From the NCBI RefSeq assembly GCF_965247905.1, contig NZ_OZ252047.1:2073304-2137303 (forward strand): DNA of 64,000 nucleotides, in the 5' to 3' direction. Positions within the stretch are counted from its first letter, which is position 1. Every line of letters starts with the position of its first letter. The DNA is from Candidatus Spongiihabitans sp. Lineage in GTDB: Bacteria; Pseudomonadota; Gammaproteobacteria; Arenicellales; Poriferihabitantaceae. Both the position numbers and the translations under genes were made by a program. A model generated the notes under the pieces. The model saw only the letters and a program-made list of their open reading frames with translations. It was not told where the DNA came from and ran no database searches. This document shows positions 17,619-27,519 of the stretch, in pieces.

Positions 17619-18430
17619 TTGTTGATTTCCCGGCTTATTTCTTGCGCTTGACTTTGCGCGATGCCCGCTTCAGGCTCTTCATCCAGTAACCATTCAGCAA
17701 AATGAAAAACCTGAGTTGGTTTTCCGCATCGCGTTATGCGCCCGGCAATGTTCATTAAACAACCGAGGTCGCCTCCGAGCACAATATCCGCTTCAGTTTT
17801 ATCGATGCTGGAAATTTTATTATCGACCAGGCGGGTAGATATTTCGGGGTATTTGACGCAAAAAGCGCCGCCAAATCCGCAGCATATTTCAGAATTATCC
17901 ATCTCATCAATGCGTATCCCGGCACGCTGACTTAACAGTTTTCGCGGCTGAGAACGAATGCCCAACTCGCGCAATCCAGAGCAGGAATCGTGGTAAGTGA
18001 TTTTTTTATCATCGGCAAACCGCCGCGCTTGCGGCGGCGATTTCAGCGGCATGACCTCAACCAAAAACTGAGACAACTCATAGGTTTTGTCCGCCAACTT
18101 CCGCGCGCGGCCAAACCAATTCGGATGGTCGCTGAACAGTTTTGGATAATGCACTTTAACCATGGCCGCACAGGATCCAGACGGCGCGACGACGTAATCG
18201 AACGACTCAAATTGCTCAATCAGATTTTTTGCAAGCACCCGGGTTTTTGCATCATCGCCATTATTGTATGCGGGTTGGCCGCAACAACTCTGTTGCGGCA
18301 CTGAAACATGACAGCCACATTGCTCGATTAAGCGCGCCGCCGCAAATCCGACTTGCGGCCTGAATAAATCCGCCAAACAGGTGATGAATAAGCCTACATG
18401 GTGCGTGGAATTATTGTCGGAGCCGGCCAT
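17615..18430 (-). CDS. lutA: Lactate utilization protein A (LutA/YkgE, CCG domains)
   Basis: LFITCLAD, CCGQPAYNNG, PSGSCAAM, YHDSCSGLR, CCGFGGAF, DLGCLMNI. Confidence 0.95.
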   Translation of the reverse strand: MAGSDNNSTHHVGLFITCLADLFRPQVGFAAARLIEQCGCHVSVPQQSCCGQPAYNNGDDAKTRVLAKNLIEQFESFDYVVAPSGSCAAMVKVHYPKLFSDHPNWFGRARKLADKTYELSQFLVEVMPLKSPPQARRFADDKKITYHDSCSGLRELGIRSQPRKLLSQRAGIRIDEMDNSEICCGFGGAFCVKYPEISTRLVDNKISSIDKTEADIVLGGDLGCLMNIAGRITRCGKPTQVFHFAEWLLDEEPEAGIAQSQAQEISREINK

Positions 18431-18459
18431 GGATGATAGGCATGCCTATGTTATTGAGG

Positions 18460-19281
18460 TTATGTCGATCGATATTGATTAATCTGCCGGCAAATACTTT
18501 GCGCCTGATTGGCCGCGGCGGTCGAAAAATCCGCGCCCGCGCTTGCAAATATAACCTCTCGGGATACATTGATTATCAAGCCCTTTTTTTGTTCGGTTAA
18601 TCCATTTTTTAACGCGCCTTCCAGATCGCCGCCTTGCGCACCGACGCCGGGCACCAGCAGCGGCATGTCGCCGACGATTTGCCTGACTTCCTTAATCGCT
18701 TGCGGATAGGTTGCACCGACCACCAACGCGACATTGTTGTTTTTATTCCATTGCGATGCCGCCAGATGGGCAACATGTTGATAGACTGCCCGCTCGCCAC
18801 TGACCAATTGCTGAAAATCACCAGAGCCGGGATTGGAGGTCCGACACAGCACGATGACGCCGTGATTTTGAAAGCGCAGAAACGGTTCAAGCGCATCGCC
18901 GCCGAGATAGGGATTCACCGTCACCGCATCGGCCTGATAGCGTTCAAACGCTTCGATGGCATACATGCGCGCACTGGAGCCAATATCACCGCGCTTCGCA
19001 TCCAGAATCACCGGCATGGCGGGATATTCAGACTTGATATAGCGAATGGTTTTTTTTAACTGAAGTTCCGCACCGACTGCCGAGTAATAAGCCGCCTGAG
19101 GCTTGTAGGCGCAGGCCCATTGCGCGGTGGCATCAATGATTTCCCGGTTAAATCGATACAGCGGGTGCTTAGCGTTTTTAATGGATTTCGGCAGTCGGTC
19201 CAAGTCAGGATCAAGGCCAACGCAAAGCAGCGAATTTTGCTGCTTCCAGCTATCGGTTAATTTTTCGTAAAAGCCAGACAT
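18460..19281 (-). CDS. pyrF: Orotidine-5'-phosphate decarboxylase, subfamily 2 (ATG 19281 preferred; TTG 19308 possible)
   Basis: LCVGLDP, YKPQAAYY, VILDAKRGDIG, CRTSNPG, VVGATYP, LVPGVGAQGG. Confidence 0.93.
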   Translation of the reverse strand: MSGFYEKLTDSWKQQNSLLCVGLDPDLDRLPKSIKNAKHPLYRFNREIIDATAQWACAYKPQAAYYSAVGAELQLKKTIRYIKSEYPAMPVILDAKRGDIGSSARMYAIEAFERYQADAVTVNPYLGGDALEPFLRFQNHGVIVLCRTSNPGSGDFQQLVSGERAVYQHVAHLAASQWNKNNNVALVVGATYPQAIKEVRQIVGDMPLLVPGVGAQGGDLEGALKNGLTEQKKGLIINVSREVIFASAGADFSTAAANQAQSICRQINQYRST

Positions 19282-19381
19282 GCGCCTACCGGAAAATAAT
19301 CGTCCCAAAAAAAAATTATCTATGGCTGGTTATCATTCATTTAATTTGTCGCTAGTCTAACCGATGAACCATGACCTGCGG

Positions 19382-21907
19382 TTATTTTTCCTGTAGTTTT
19401 GGCAGCAAAATTTCCTGTCCGGTTTTCAAGCTTGAGAGTTTTAAAACCGGATTGAGTCGATATAGCAGCCACACCGGAAATTCAGACTGCCTGGACAGCA
19501 ACCAGATCGAGTCTCCGGATTGAACCGTATATCGATCGATTCCAGCGAGTGAATAATGCTCTTTTAATGCTTCACTCAGCACCTGATGATATTCGATGCG
19601 CTTGCGTTCAAAGGCGGTCACTTGATCTCCCGAAGTTACCGGCAGTTTCAGCACTCTGCCTAGGTGTAGCGTATGGCCGTATGATAGTTGGTTTAATTTT
19701 CTAATCGCCTTGGTCGAGCCCAGACCCAACCAGTCAGAATAGTGTCCCAGGGTTTCGTCGGCTTCAACCCGAATTCGGTAAACCGGATTCCCCGATGACC
19801 CGGTAATTGAAATACTGAGATCCGGCAACGTATCCAGTAAATTTGATAATGCGGGATACTTTACCGTCTGACTGGTGGTCACGTCATCAACTTGGCCGCC
19901 AGCTTGCCCTGTGGCCTTGGCGATTTCGAGGTCAACTTGCGCTAACTGTTGTGCGGTTTGCGTGGTGTCAGGCACCTCTAAGCCTGGGATTTTCAGTTTT
20001 TGGCCGGGGAAAATAACCGCTTTTTTATTCAAATTATTTAAGCGCCTGAGCGCGGCGCAATTCACCGAGAGGCGTGCGGCGATGAAACAGGCATAGTCGC
20101 CCTTGCGCACGATATACATGTTGTTTTCGTCCAGGCCCGCTATCTGACCGGATTGGGACATGGATCCCGGTATGGTCAGTTTTTGGCCGACATAAATGGT
20201 GGCTTTTCGACCTAGCTGATTCGCGCCAATCAATACACGGCAGCCGACATTAAATCGCCTGGCGATCTTGCACGCGGTATCTCCGCGTTTGACGCGATAA
20301 GTTTCATCGAATCGCAGTGGGATCGATTTGATAACCACCAACGTATCACTGCCTGTGCGCCCGGCCTGGGCGACTACAATTAACTTTCCAGGAATCGACA
20401 GTTTCTGCCCGATAAGAATAATCGCCCTTTTGCCAAGCCGATTAAGGTTGATTAACGCTCGGCAATTCACTTGCAACGCCCTGGCAATGCCGCAAGCGGT
20501 GTCGCCCTTGCGCACGATGTAATTGCCTGAGCCCGGCGCAACTGTTTCAGGCGCCATGGATTCCAGCCTTGCAATCGCGGTTTTATATTGGCTGCCATGA
20601 CCAGGCAATTTTAATTGGTAGCCTGCTGGAATCATGCGCCAGCCATTCCATACAAATCGGGTTAGTCCCAAATTCAGCGGTTTTAACTGGGCTTCCGTTA
20701 CTTTCAAAATTGATTTTATTCGCGCCAAAGAGGTTGGATGTTTTAGCACCAGGGTTTGATAATGAATTTGTTGGTCAAGATCAATGCCGCCAAAATATTT
20801 TTGCGCGTTTAAGGTAACATGCCGCGCCGCCAGAAAACTGGCGTAAAAGTTTTTTACCGCGACTTGAAATTTCGGCGATTTATAATTTTTCAGCACACTT
20901 AAATAGTCTGGTTTTATACGCGTGATCGCCCGGCGCATACCGCTTAAACCGTAGTTATAAGAGGTAATGACGAATGGATTTATTTCGTGGTGGGTGATAT
21001 TGGGATCAATGGATTTTGCCAGTTTGGTTAATGAGTTTCTGGATTTAACCAGATATCTGGCGGCCGCATGGGTGGACGCTTCCGGATCCAATCTTTCATC
21101 AATAGTCGCATTTAACTCCAGTCCCAGCGTTCGCGCCGTTCTCGGCATGATTTGCCACATGCCGGCCGCCCCGGCCTTGGAATACGCGGCCGGGTTATAG
21201 GAGGATTCCACAAAAGGCAAATAACGTATTTCCAACGGCAGTTGGTATTGCTTCAATACGGTGTCAACCAGATATCGGTAGCGATTAAACCGTTGCAAGC
21301 CCTCTAAAAAACTATCCTTGACGCCGCTTTGGCAGCGAATGTTTTCTGATGCAAATCGAATTTTTCTCGCTATCTTCTTGGCTGTCGTCTTGGACTTTGG
21401 AGTTTGGAATAAGTGCGCGAGATGAATTTGCTCGCTGGATTTTAGCTCGGCCGCCGATTCAATTTTCGCGGCGACATTGTACAAGGCGGTCTTCAGTCTC
21501 TTCCGCTCTTTGCTTAATTTTCTGGACACCCGGTCGCTGCAACCTGCACCGGTGTCAACCACCGAATACACCCGCTCTGAAATATTCGGGTCGTGAAAGA
21601 TCGCGACCTCCTTGCCCCAACTCTTGAAAACCTGTATCCAAAAATCGACTCTGCGGTGCAATTCTTTCGGGCATGGAAAGTTATCGCTACATTGCAATGG
21701 ATGCTGGGGAAGCAAATGATGTGCATGGGCTGCCTGCCCAAGCATAGACGTGGGCCCAAGCATAGACATGAACATGGGCATGGCCGCCACGGCGGCATAA
21801 CCGCCAATTGTGATTAAAACTAATCGAAAAAATTTCACAACTTGTCTTGGAAAAGACGACTTGAACGGGAAGCGGCTATTGTATTTGTCAAAATAGTTCT
21901 GTTTCAT
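19382..21907 (-). CDS. Lytic murein transglycosylase with multiple LysM domains (MltD-like)
   Basis: SLT domain LPFVESSYNP.A.S.AGAAGMWQIM, ERLDPE.ST.AAARYL, SYNYG; LysM repeats Y.V.KGD..C.IA; N-terminal hydrophobic segment. Confidence 0.88.
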   Translation of the reverse strand: MKQNYFDKYNSRFPFKSSFPRQVVKFFRLVLITIGGYAAVAAMPMFMSMLGPTSMLGQAAHAHHLLPQHPLQCSDNFPCPKELHRRVDFWIQVFKSWGKEVAIFHDPNISERVYSVVDTGAGCSDRVSRKLSKERKRLKTALYNVAAKIESAAELKSSEQIHLAHLFQTPKSKTTAKKIARKIRFASENIRCQSGVKDSFLEGLQRFNRYRYLVDTVLKQYQLPLEIRYLPFVESSYNPAAYSKAGAAGMWQIMPRTARTLGLELNATIDERLDPEASTHAAARYLVKSRNSLTKLAKSIDPNITHHEINPFVITSYNYGLSGMRRAITRIKPDYLSVLKNYKSPKFQVAVKNFYASFLAARHVTLNAQKYFGGIDLDQQIHYQTLVLKHPTSLARIKSILKVTEAQLKPLNLGLTRFVWNGWRMIPAGYQLKLPGHGSQYKTAIARLESMAPETVAPGSGNYIVRKGDTACGIARALQVNCRALINLNRLGKRAIILIGQKLSIPGKLIVVAQAGRTGSDTLVVIKSIPLRFDETYRVKRGDTACKIARRFNVGCRVLIGANQLGRKATIYVGQKLTIPGSMSQSGQIAGLDENNMYIVRKGDYACFIAARLSVNCAALRRLNNLNKKAVIFPGQKLKIPGLEVPDTTQTAQQLAQVDLEIAKATGQAGGQVDDVTTSQTVKYPALSNLLDTLPDLSISITGSSGNPVYRIRVEADETLGHYSDWLGLGSTKAIRKLNQLSYGHTLHLGRVLKLPVTSGDQVTAFERKRIEYHQVLSEALKEHYSLAGIDRYTVQSGDSIWLLSRQSEFPVWLLYRLNPVLKLSSLKTGQEILLPKLQEK

Positions 21908-22889
21908 TTTTGATTCTTTGCAGCGCGATCTTTGTGTAATCAGGATCTATCTCAAAGCCGATAAATCTGCGGTTGTCCTGCATGGCGGCTACCGCCGTGG
22001 TTCCGCTACCCATAAATGGATCCAAAACCGTCTGTCCGGAAATGGTGAACAGTCTAATCAGTTGTCGCATAACCACCACCGGCTTTATCGTCATGTGTCC
22101 GAATTCGGCGCCCTTTTTGGGCTTGGGGGCTTCCAGTATGGTGCCGGGAAAACCCTTGCCCATTATCGACTGATCGGGCGACATCAGTCCAGTTTTATGC
22201 GTAAGCCAGTTATTAATAAATGTGCCTTCCTTGGGCTTTTGCGCGAGGATAATTGGCTCGAACTGCGGTTTTAACTGTGGTGTTTTCTTGCCGGAAATTT
22301 GCTTTATTATTGCGTTTTTCTCCGTTGCGCTGAGCTTCATTTTGCGAACAAAATGCGCTTGTGAAAATGCCTTTGCCTGCCCTTCGTATTTCCACGCCAG
22401 CATATCCCTGATTTCAAAACCAGCCTCATCAAAAGCGGTACCAACGGCATACGACAATCTTGCTTGGCAAAAAACGCATGCAAAACCGCCGGGCTTGAGC
22501 ACGCGATAAAGTTCGGCAGCGGTCTTGAGCATAAATTCCCGAAGTCTCTTTGCCTGGTTTTTGTCAAACTTCATGCCCGCGGGCAGTCCGCCAATGACCC
22601 CGGGCTTGACCCGCTGGTTTAGTTTGGCTTTATTCCAGTCATCCCCCATTCCGTCTAAAAAATAGGGCGGGTCGGTGGCGACAAAATGAACCGAATCGGC
22701 GCGCAGACCGCCAAGCCCTTTGATGCAGTCAGCGTTGATTAAAGTGTATTCATTGCCGTCAAACCGTTCGGCGGCATGGATGATTTTATGGCGGTCAAAA
22801 CCAGGCGCAATACGTTGACCGGCGGGACTTGTGCAAGTGGATTTATGCGTGCGCTGTGACATATTTCTTGACTCGATTTTTGCCGGCAA
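21888..22889 (-). CDS. Orphan site-specific DNA methyltransferase, N6-adenine/N4-cytosine, motif IV before motif I (ATG 22862 possible start)
   Basis: ATDPPYF, HMTIKP, VLDPFMGSGTT, FIGFEID..Y. Confidence 0.88.
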   Translation of the reverse strand: MPAKIESRNMSQRTHKSTCTSPAGQRIAPGFDRHKIIHAAERFDGNEYTLINADCIKGLGGLRADSVHFVATDPPYFLDGMGDDWNKAKLNQRVKPGVIGGLPAGMKFDKNQAKRLREFMLKTAAELYRVLKPGGFACVFCQARLSYAVGTAFDEAGFEIRDMLAWKYEGQAKAFSQAHFVRKMKLSATEKNAIIKQISGKKTPQLKPQFEPIILAQKPKEGTFINNWLTHKTGLMSPDQSIMGKGFPGTILEAPKPKKGAEFGHMTIKPVVVMRQLIRLFTISGQTVLDPFMGSGTTAVAAMQDNRRFIGFEIDPDYTKIALQRIKNETELF

Positions 22890-22972
22890 TGTGGCGGCGC
22901 ATTGGATGCACTAATGGGCTCAGTGTGCCGATTTGGGCAAGCCGAAGCGCCGGTGGAATTCGGTTTTCCGGC

Positions 22973-24835
22973 CTATAAGTAAAACGTATTCAGCATAGCC
23001 ACGACAATGAAGATAAACATGATGGTCATGATGCTGCCGGCCTTGAGGAAATCAGCGACCTGATAACCCCCGGGGCCCATGATCAAGGCATTCACCTGAT
23101 GGGTAGGAATAAGGAACGAATTGGATGTGGCCAGCGCAACGGTCAGCGCAAACACGGCCGGATTGGTGCCGGCCCCGATTGCGATATTGATGGCCAACGG
23201 AACCAACAGCACGGTGGCCCCGACATTGGATATGATTAGCGTAAATAATGAGGCCAGGATGGCGATGGCGGTTTGCAACATCCAGATTGGCACGCCATCG
23301 AGATAGAACAAAATTTGTTGCGCAATCCAGGCGGCGGTGCCGCTGTTTTCCACCGCAATGCCAAGCGGAATCAAACTGGCGAGCAGAAACACGCTCTGCC
23401 AACCGATGGCCCGATAGGCTTCTTCAATCTTGATCACTCCGCTCAGAATCATACCCACCGCCCCGCTCATCAACGCAACGGATAAACGCACATCGGTGAA
23501 GATGATCAGGAATAGCGTAAGCGCAAAAAACCCGGTCGCGAACTTAAGTTTTTGCGGTCGTTCATCTTCTCTTGGAAAGTCGGTCACCACAACAAAGTCA
23601 TGTCTGGCATCCGCGATTGAACTCAGATTACTCCAGTTAATATGCAAGACCAAGGTGTCCCCGGATTGCAGCACGAGCTCAGGAATACCGCTATCAATAA
23701 CGTCATCGGCGCGAAAAACAGAAAGCACCGTGGCGTCATAGCGCTTCCTTAATGCAACTTCCCGCAACGATTTGCCGATCAGCGATGAGTCCGGCGGGAT
23801 GACCACTTCCGCAATTCCGGCGCTGCTTGAACTGAGTACATCAGCGAATACATCCATTTCGTTTTTCACATGTAGCGCGTATTCCCTGGCAAATTCATAC
23901 ACCGCGTCGCGGCGGCCCATAATCGCCATTTCGCTGCCAGCCCAAAAATCGGTATCGCCGCGCGGCGCGACCACCAACTCATGGCCATTTCTGATTGCAA
24001 CAATCCATCCGGCGCGGCCGGCTGCGTCTATTTCCGAAAGCGTGCGCGATATTAATGGGCTTTCCTTGGTCACGACGCATTCATAGACCTCGCCCTCAAT
24101 GCCATAGACTTCCCGAAAATATTTCAGCATGTTGCCGGATTCGCCCGGCTTATCCTTGATTACCGGCAATACAAAACGTCCAAGAAACACGAAATAACAA
24201 ATTCCGCAAAAAAGCAATGTCAGTCCGATGGGCGTGACCGAAAACATGCTGAATTGCTCCACGACCACTGAGCGGTCCGGCATCGCCTGATTGGAGTTTT
24301 CAATCAGGTCATTGAGCAAAATCAATGGACTGGAACCCACCATGGTTATCGTGCCGCCCAAAATCGCGCAAAACCCCATAGGCATGAGCAGCCTGGAAAT
24401 CGCCAGGTTTCCTCGACGCGCAATCCGATTGACCACCGGCAAAAATAATGCCGCGGCGCCAATATTTTGCAGAAAGCTGGAAATCAATCCCACCACGCTG
24501 GACAGAATCATGATCACCCGGCCTTCCGTATTGCCGCCGATTTTAAGAATTTTGTTGGCCAGTTTGCCCATCACGCCGGTACGATCCAGGCCGGCGCCGA
24601 TAATCATTACCGCAATGATGGAAATAACCGCGTTGCTGGAAAATCCGCTGAACAATTGGCTCGAAGAAACCATGCCATCGTAGCCGGGAATGAGCGCAGT
24701 CAATCCAATTAACACCATCACTGAAACCGCCGCGACATCAATTCTAACAACTTCAAAAGCAAACAAGCAAATGACCAAAAGCAGAATCGCCATAACGGCG
24801 CCCATTTCGGCGGTAAGTTGCAGGCTTTCAGTCAA
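22973..24835 (-). CDS. SLC13-family permease with two TrkA-C domains
   Basis: FSGFSSNAVI, GGTITMVGSSP, central TrkA-C repeats (SPLISRTL / SSLIGKSL), SNSFLIPTHQVNALIMGPGGY. Confidence 0.9.
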   Translation of the reverse strand: MTESLQLTAEMGAVMAILLLVICLFAFEVVRIDVAAVSVMVLIGLTALIPGYDGMVSSSQLFSGFSSNAVISIIAVMIIGAGLDRTGVMGKLANKILKIGGNTEGRVIMILSSVVGLISSFLQNIGAAALFLPVVNRIARRGNLAISRLLMPMGFCAILGGTITMVGSSPLILLNDLIENSNQAMPDRSVVVEQFSMFSVTPIGLTLLFCGICYFVFLGRFVLPVIKDKPGESGNMLKYFREVYGIEGEVYECVVTKESPLISRTLSEIDAAGRAGWIVAIRNGHELVVAPRGDTDFWAGSEMAIMGRRDAVYEFAREYALHVKNEMDVFADVLSSSSAGIAEVVIPPDSSLIGKSLREVALRKRYDATVLSVFRADDVIDSGIPELVLQSGDTLVLHINWSNLSSIADARHDFVVVTDFPREDERPQKLKFATGFFALTLFLIIFTDVRLSVALMSGAVGMILSGVIKIEEAYRAIGWQSVFLLASLIPLGIAVENSGTAAWIAQQILFYLDGVPIWMLQTAIAILASLFTLIISNVGATVLLVPLAINIAIGAGTNPAVFALTVALATSNSFLIPTHQVNALIMGPGGYQVADFLKAGSIMTIMFIFIVVAMLNTFYL

Positions 24836-24884
24836 ACTATGTATTCCAATTGTTATCGCTTGATTATTATGCAGCCGAGTCTCG

Positions 24885-24912
24885 ATTTATCCCGTGAAAT
24901 TTATCCCGTGAA
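24885..24912. repeat. Perfect 14-bp tandem duplication, intergenic
   Basis: atttatcccgtgaa x2. Confidence 0.9.
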
Positions 24913-25086
24913 ATTGGTCTTTGGAGCAGACCGCCACCGACACCCCATTCCTGACCCATTCTATCACTATCCGAATAGATTGTCAGATTTTGCCGCAAAA
25001 ACAAAAACGAGACATAAAATGGGAAACAAAAAACGTTGCCGCTTAAATTTATCCGCCACAAAAAATATCAGTCGATATTGCCCTAA

Positions 25087-25112
25087 TTAAATTCAGGTTT
25101 TAAATTCAGGCT
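25087..25112. repeat. 13-bp tandem duplication, intergenic
   Basis: ttaaattcaggtt / ttaaattcaggct. Confidence 0.8.
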
Positions 25113-25151
25113 TTATCAAAATATTCCACCCACTCGTAATACAATACCGCG

Positions 25152-26087
25152 ATGCATGGCACCACCGAAAAATCTGTTGAAAAACCTGTTTCAGGCAATG
25201 ATTGGCTAAAAAATTTTCCGCAGAAACTATTGCTTGCTTTGCTGCGGGCGTTCAGTTACCTGCCCTTGCCGGTCATTTATTTTATCGGCACGGGCTTGGG
25301 TGAAATTGTATATTGGCTGCACGGCTCCCGCAGGCATGTTACCCAAACCAATCTCACCGCCTGCTTTCCGGACTACTCGCCCGGCAAAATTCAACGACTT
25401 GCCAGACATCATTTTCACGCCATGACCATCGGCGTGATGGCCATGGCCATCGCCTGGTGGTGTTCCGCGGCAAGATGCGAGCGCCTTTCCATTTCGAAAA
25501 ACAAGCAAGTCCTGGACAACCTGATGGACGCCAAACAAAATATCATTATTCTTGCGCCGCATTTTGTCACGCTTGAGTTTCTCGGCTGTTACTTTTTCAG
25601 CCAGATGAAAATGACCAGCATGTATCGGAAGCACAAGAATCCATACCTCGATCAATTTATATTTCAAAGACGAACGCGGTTTGGCAGCCGCATGTATCAC
25701 TATAAGGACGCCTCGCGCAGCCTGATCAAATCGATCCGCAAGGGCGTGCCTTTTTATTATTTGCCGGATCAGGATCCCGGAAAAAACCGTGGCGTGTTTG
25801 CGCCCTTTTACAATATACAAACCGCGACCTATCCCGCGCTCAATAAAATATCCCGGTTGGGCAACGCCAAGGTGGTGCCGTGCATGGCGCGGCTAAGAAA
25901 ATTCGGGCGCGGCATTGAAATCATATTCGAACCGCCCCTGGAAAATTATCCGTCCGGAGATGGCGTGAAAGACACGACCACGATGAACCGCGCCATCGAA
26001 AAATTAATCGCCCACGCGCCCGAACAATATTTTTGGTCGCATAAACGTTTTAAGACGCGCCCGCCCGGAGAAGATCCTTTTTACTAA
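25152..26087 (+). CDS. lpxL: Lipid A acyltransferase (LpxL/HtrB family)
   Basis: APHF..LE, YLPDQDPG, FAPFY, EQYFWSHKRFKTRP. Confidence 0.88.
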   Translation: MHGTTEKSVEKPVSGNDWLKNFPQKLLLALLRAFSYLPLPVIYFIGTGLGEIVYWLHGSRRHVTQTNLTACFPDYSPGKIQRLARHHFHAMTIGVMAMAIAWWCSAARCERLSISKNKQVLDNLMDAKQNIIILAPHFVTLEFLGCYFFSQMKMTSMYRKHKNPYLDQFIFQRRTRFGSRMYHYKDASRSLIKSIRKGVPFYYLPDQDPGKNRGVFAPFYNIQTATYPALNKISRLGNAKVVPCMARLRKFGRGIEIIFEPPLENYPSGDGVKDTTTMNRAIEKLIAHAPEQYFWSHKRFKTRPPGEDPFY

Positions 26088-26090
26088 TTT

Positions 26091-27476
26091 TTGATTACCG
26101 ATATGCCAAAGCCTGTCACCGAATCCGTCCAACTGCGCGACAACCAGTTTTTGCATCCTTGGGAAGACATGAAAAAAATCGGCAACAACAAGCGCACGGT
26201 AATCACCCATGCTGACGGTATTTATATCGAGGATTCGGATGGCAACAAGTTATTGGACGGGCCGGCCGGCATGTGGTGCGTCAACATCGGTCACCGCCGC
26301 CAGGAAATGGCCGATGCCATCGCCGATCAAATAATGCAGTTAACTTATGCCAGCCCGTGGAGTTTAACCAACACGCCGGCTGTGAAACTCGCTGACAAAC
26401 TTGCTCAACTGTCGCCGGGTGATTTAAACCACGTTTTTTACACCACCGGCGGATCCACTGCGGTTGATTCCGCGCTCAGGTTTGTCATGTTCCGCAACAA
26501 CGTTCTTGAACAACCGCAAAAGAAACACATCATTTCCAGAACCAATGCTTACCACGGCAGCACCTATCTTTCAGCATCGGCATCCGGCAAGTCCCGCGAC
26601 AAGAATTATCTCGACTTCATGGACGACGCATTTCATCATATCGCCGATCCAAATTTGATGGACCAGCCCGCGGCCATGAGCGAGCAGGAATATTGCGAGT
26701 TGCGTGCCGGCGAACTTGAAAATAAAATTTTGGAAATAGGCGCCGACAAAGTGGCCGCGTTTATCGCCGAACCAATCATGGCTTCGGGCGGCGTGATCAT
26801 GGCGCCTCAGGGATACCACGCAGCTTGTTTGCGAATTTGTCGAGCCCACGATGTGGTTTATATCTCGGACGAAGTCGTCACCGCGTTTGGTCGATTGGGA
26901 CATTTTTTCGCCTCGCAAGCGGTTTTCGATATCGTCCCGGATATCATCACTTGCGCCAAAGGCATCACCTCGGGCTATGTGCCGTTGGGCGCATTTCTGG
27001 TGTCTGACCGGTTATTGCAATCCATTGATGCGCAACATCCCAGCATCGTCTTTTCCAATGGCTTCACCTATTCCGGCCATCCGGTGGCTTGTGCCGCCGC
27101 GCTTAAAAACATAGAAATCATGGAGCGGGAAAACATCATGCAACATGTGCGCAAGGTCGCGCCGTATTTTCAGGCTCAGTTGGCAACGCTGAATGAACTT
27201 CCTGTCGTCACCGATGTTCGGGGAATCGGATTGATGGCTTGCGTTCAATGCGACCTCAATAAAGACGGCGACAATACGCTGGCGATGGACTATGCCATTG
27301 GAGACCGAATTGATCGGCATTGCCAGCAGCTCGGACTACTGGTTAGGCCGATTATAAATATGTGTGTTATGTCGCCGCCGCTAATCATCAATGAAACGCA
27401 AATAGATGAATTAGTCGAAAAATTAAAAAGGGGAATCGAGTTGGCTGTCATTGATGCCGAGTCCGACGGTTTGTGA
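26091..27476 (+). CDS. Class III PLP aminotransferase (omega-amino acid/polyamine-pyruvate type)
   Basis: DGPAGMWCVNIGH, AYHGST, FIAEPIM.SGG, DEVVTAFGRLG, DIITCAKGITSGY, GFTYSGHP. Confidence 0.9.
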   Translation: MITDMPKPVTESVQLRDNQFLHPWEDMKKIGNNKRTVITHADGIYIEDSDGNKLLDGPAGMWCVNIGHRRQEMADAIADQIMQLTYASPWSLTNTPAVKLADKLAQLSPGDLNHVFYTTGGSTAVDSALRFVMFRNNVLEQPQKKHIISRTNAYHGSTYLSASASGKSRDKNYLDFMDDAFHHIADPNLMDQPAAMSEQEYCELRAGELENKILEIGADKVAAFIAEPIMASGGVIMAPQGYHAACLRICRAHDVVYISDEVVTAFGRLGHFFASQAVFDIVPDIITCAKGITSGYVPLGAFLVSDRLLQSIDAQHPSIVFSNGFTYSGHPVACAAALKNIEIMERENIMQHVRKVAPYFQAQLATLNELPVVTDVRGIGLMACVQCDLNKDGDNTLAMDYAIGDRIDRHCQQLGLLVRPIINMCVMSPPLIINETQIDELVEKLKRGIELAVIDAESDGL

Positions 27477-27519
27477 CTGGATTCGCGGCAGGAAGAACAC
27501 CACTTGTTTTAACAATAAA

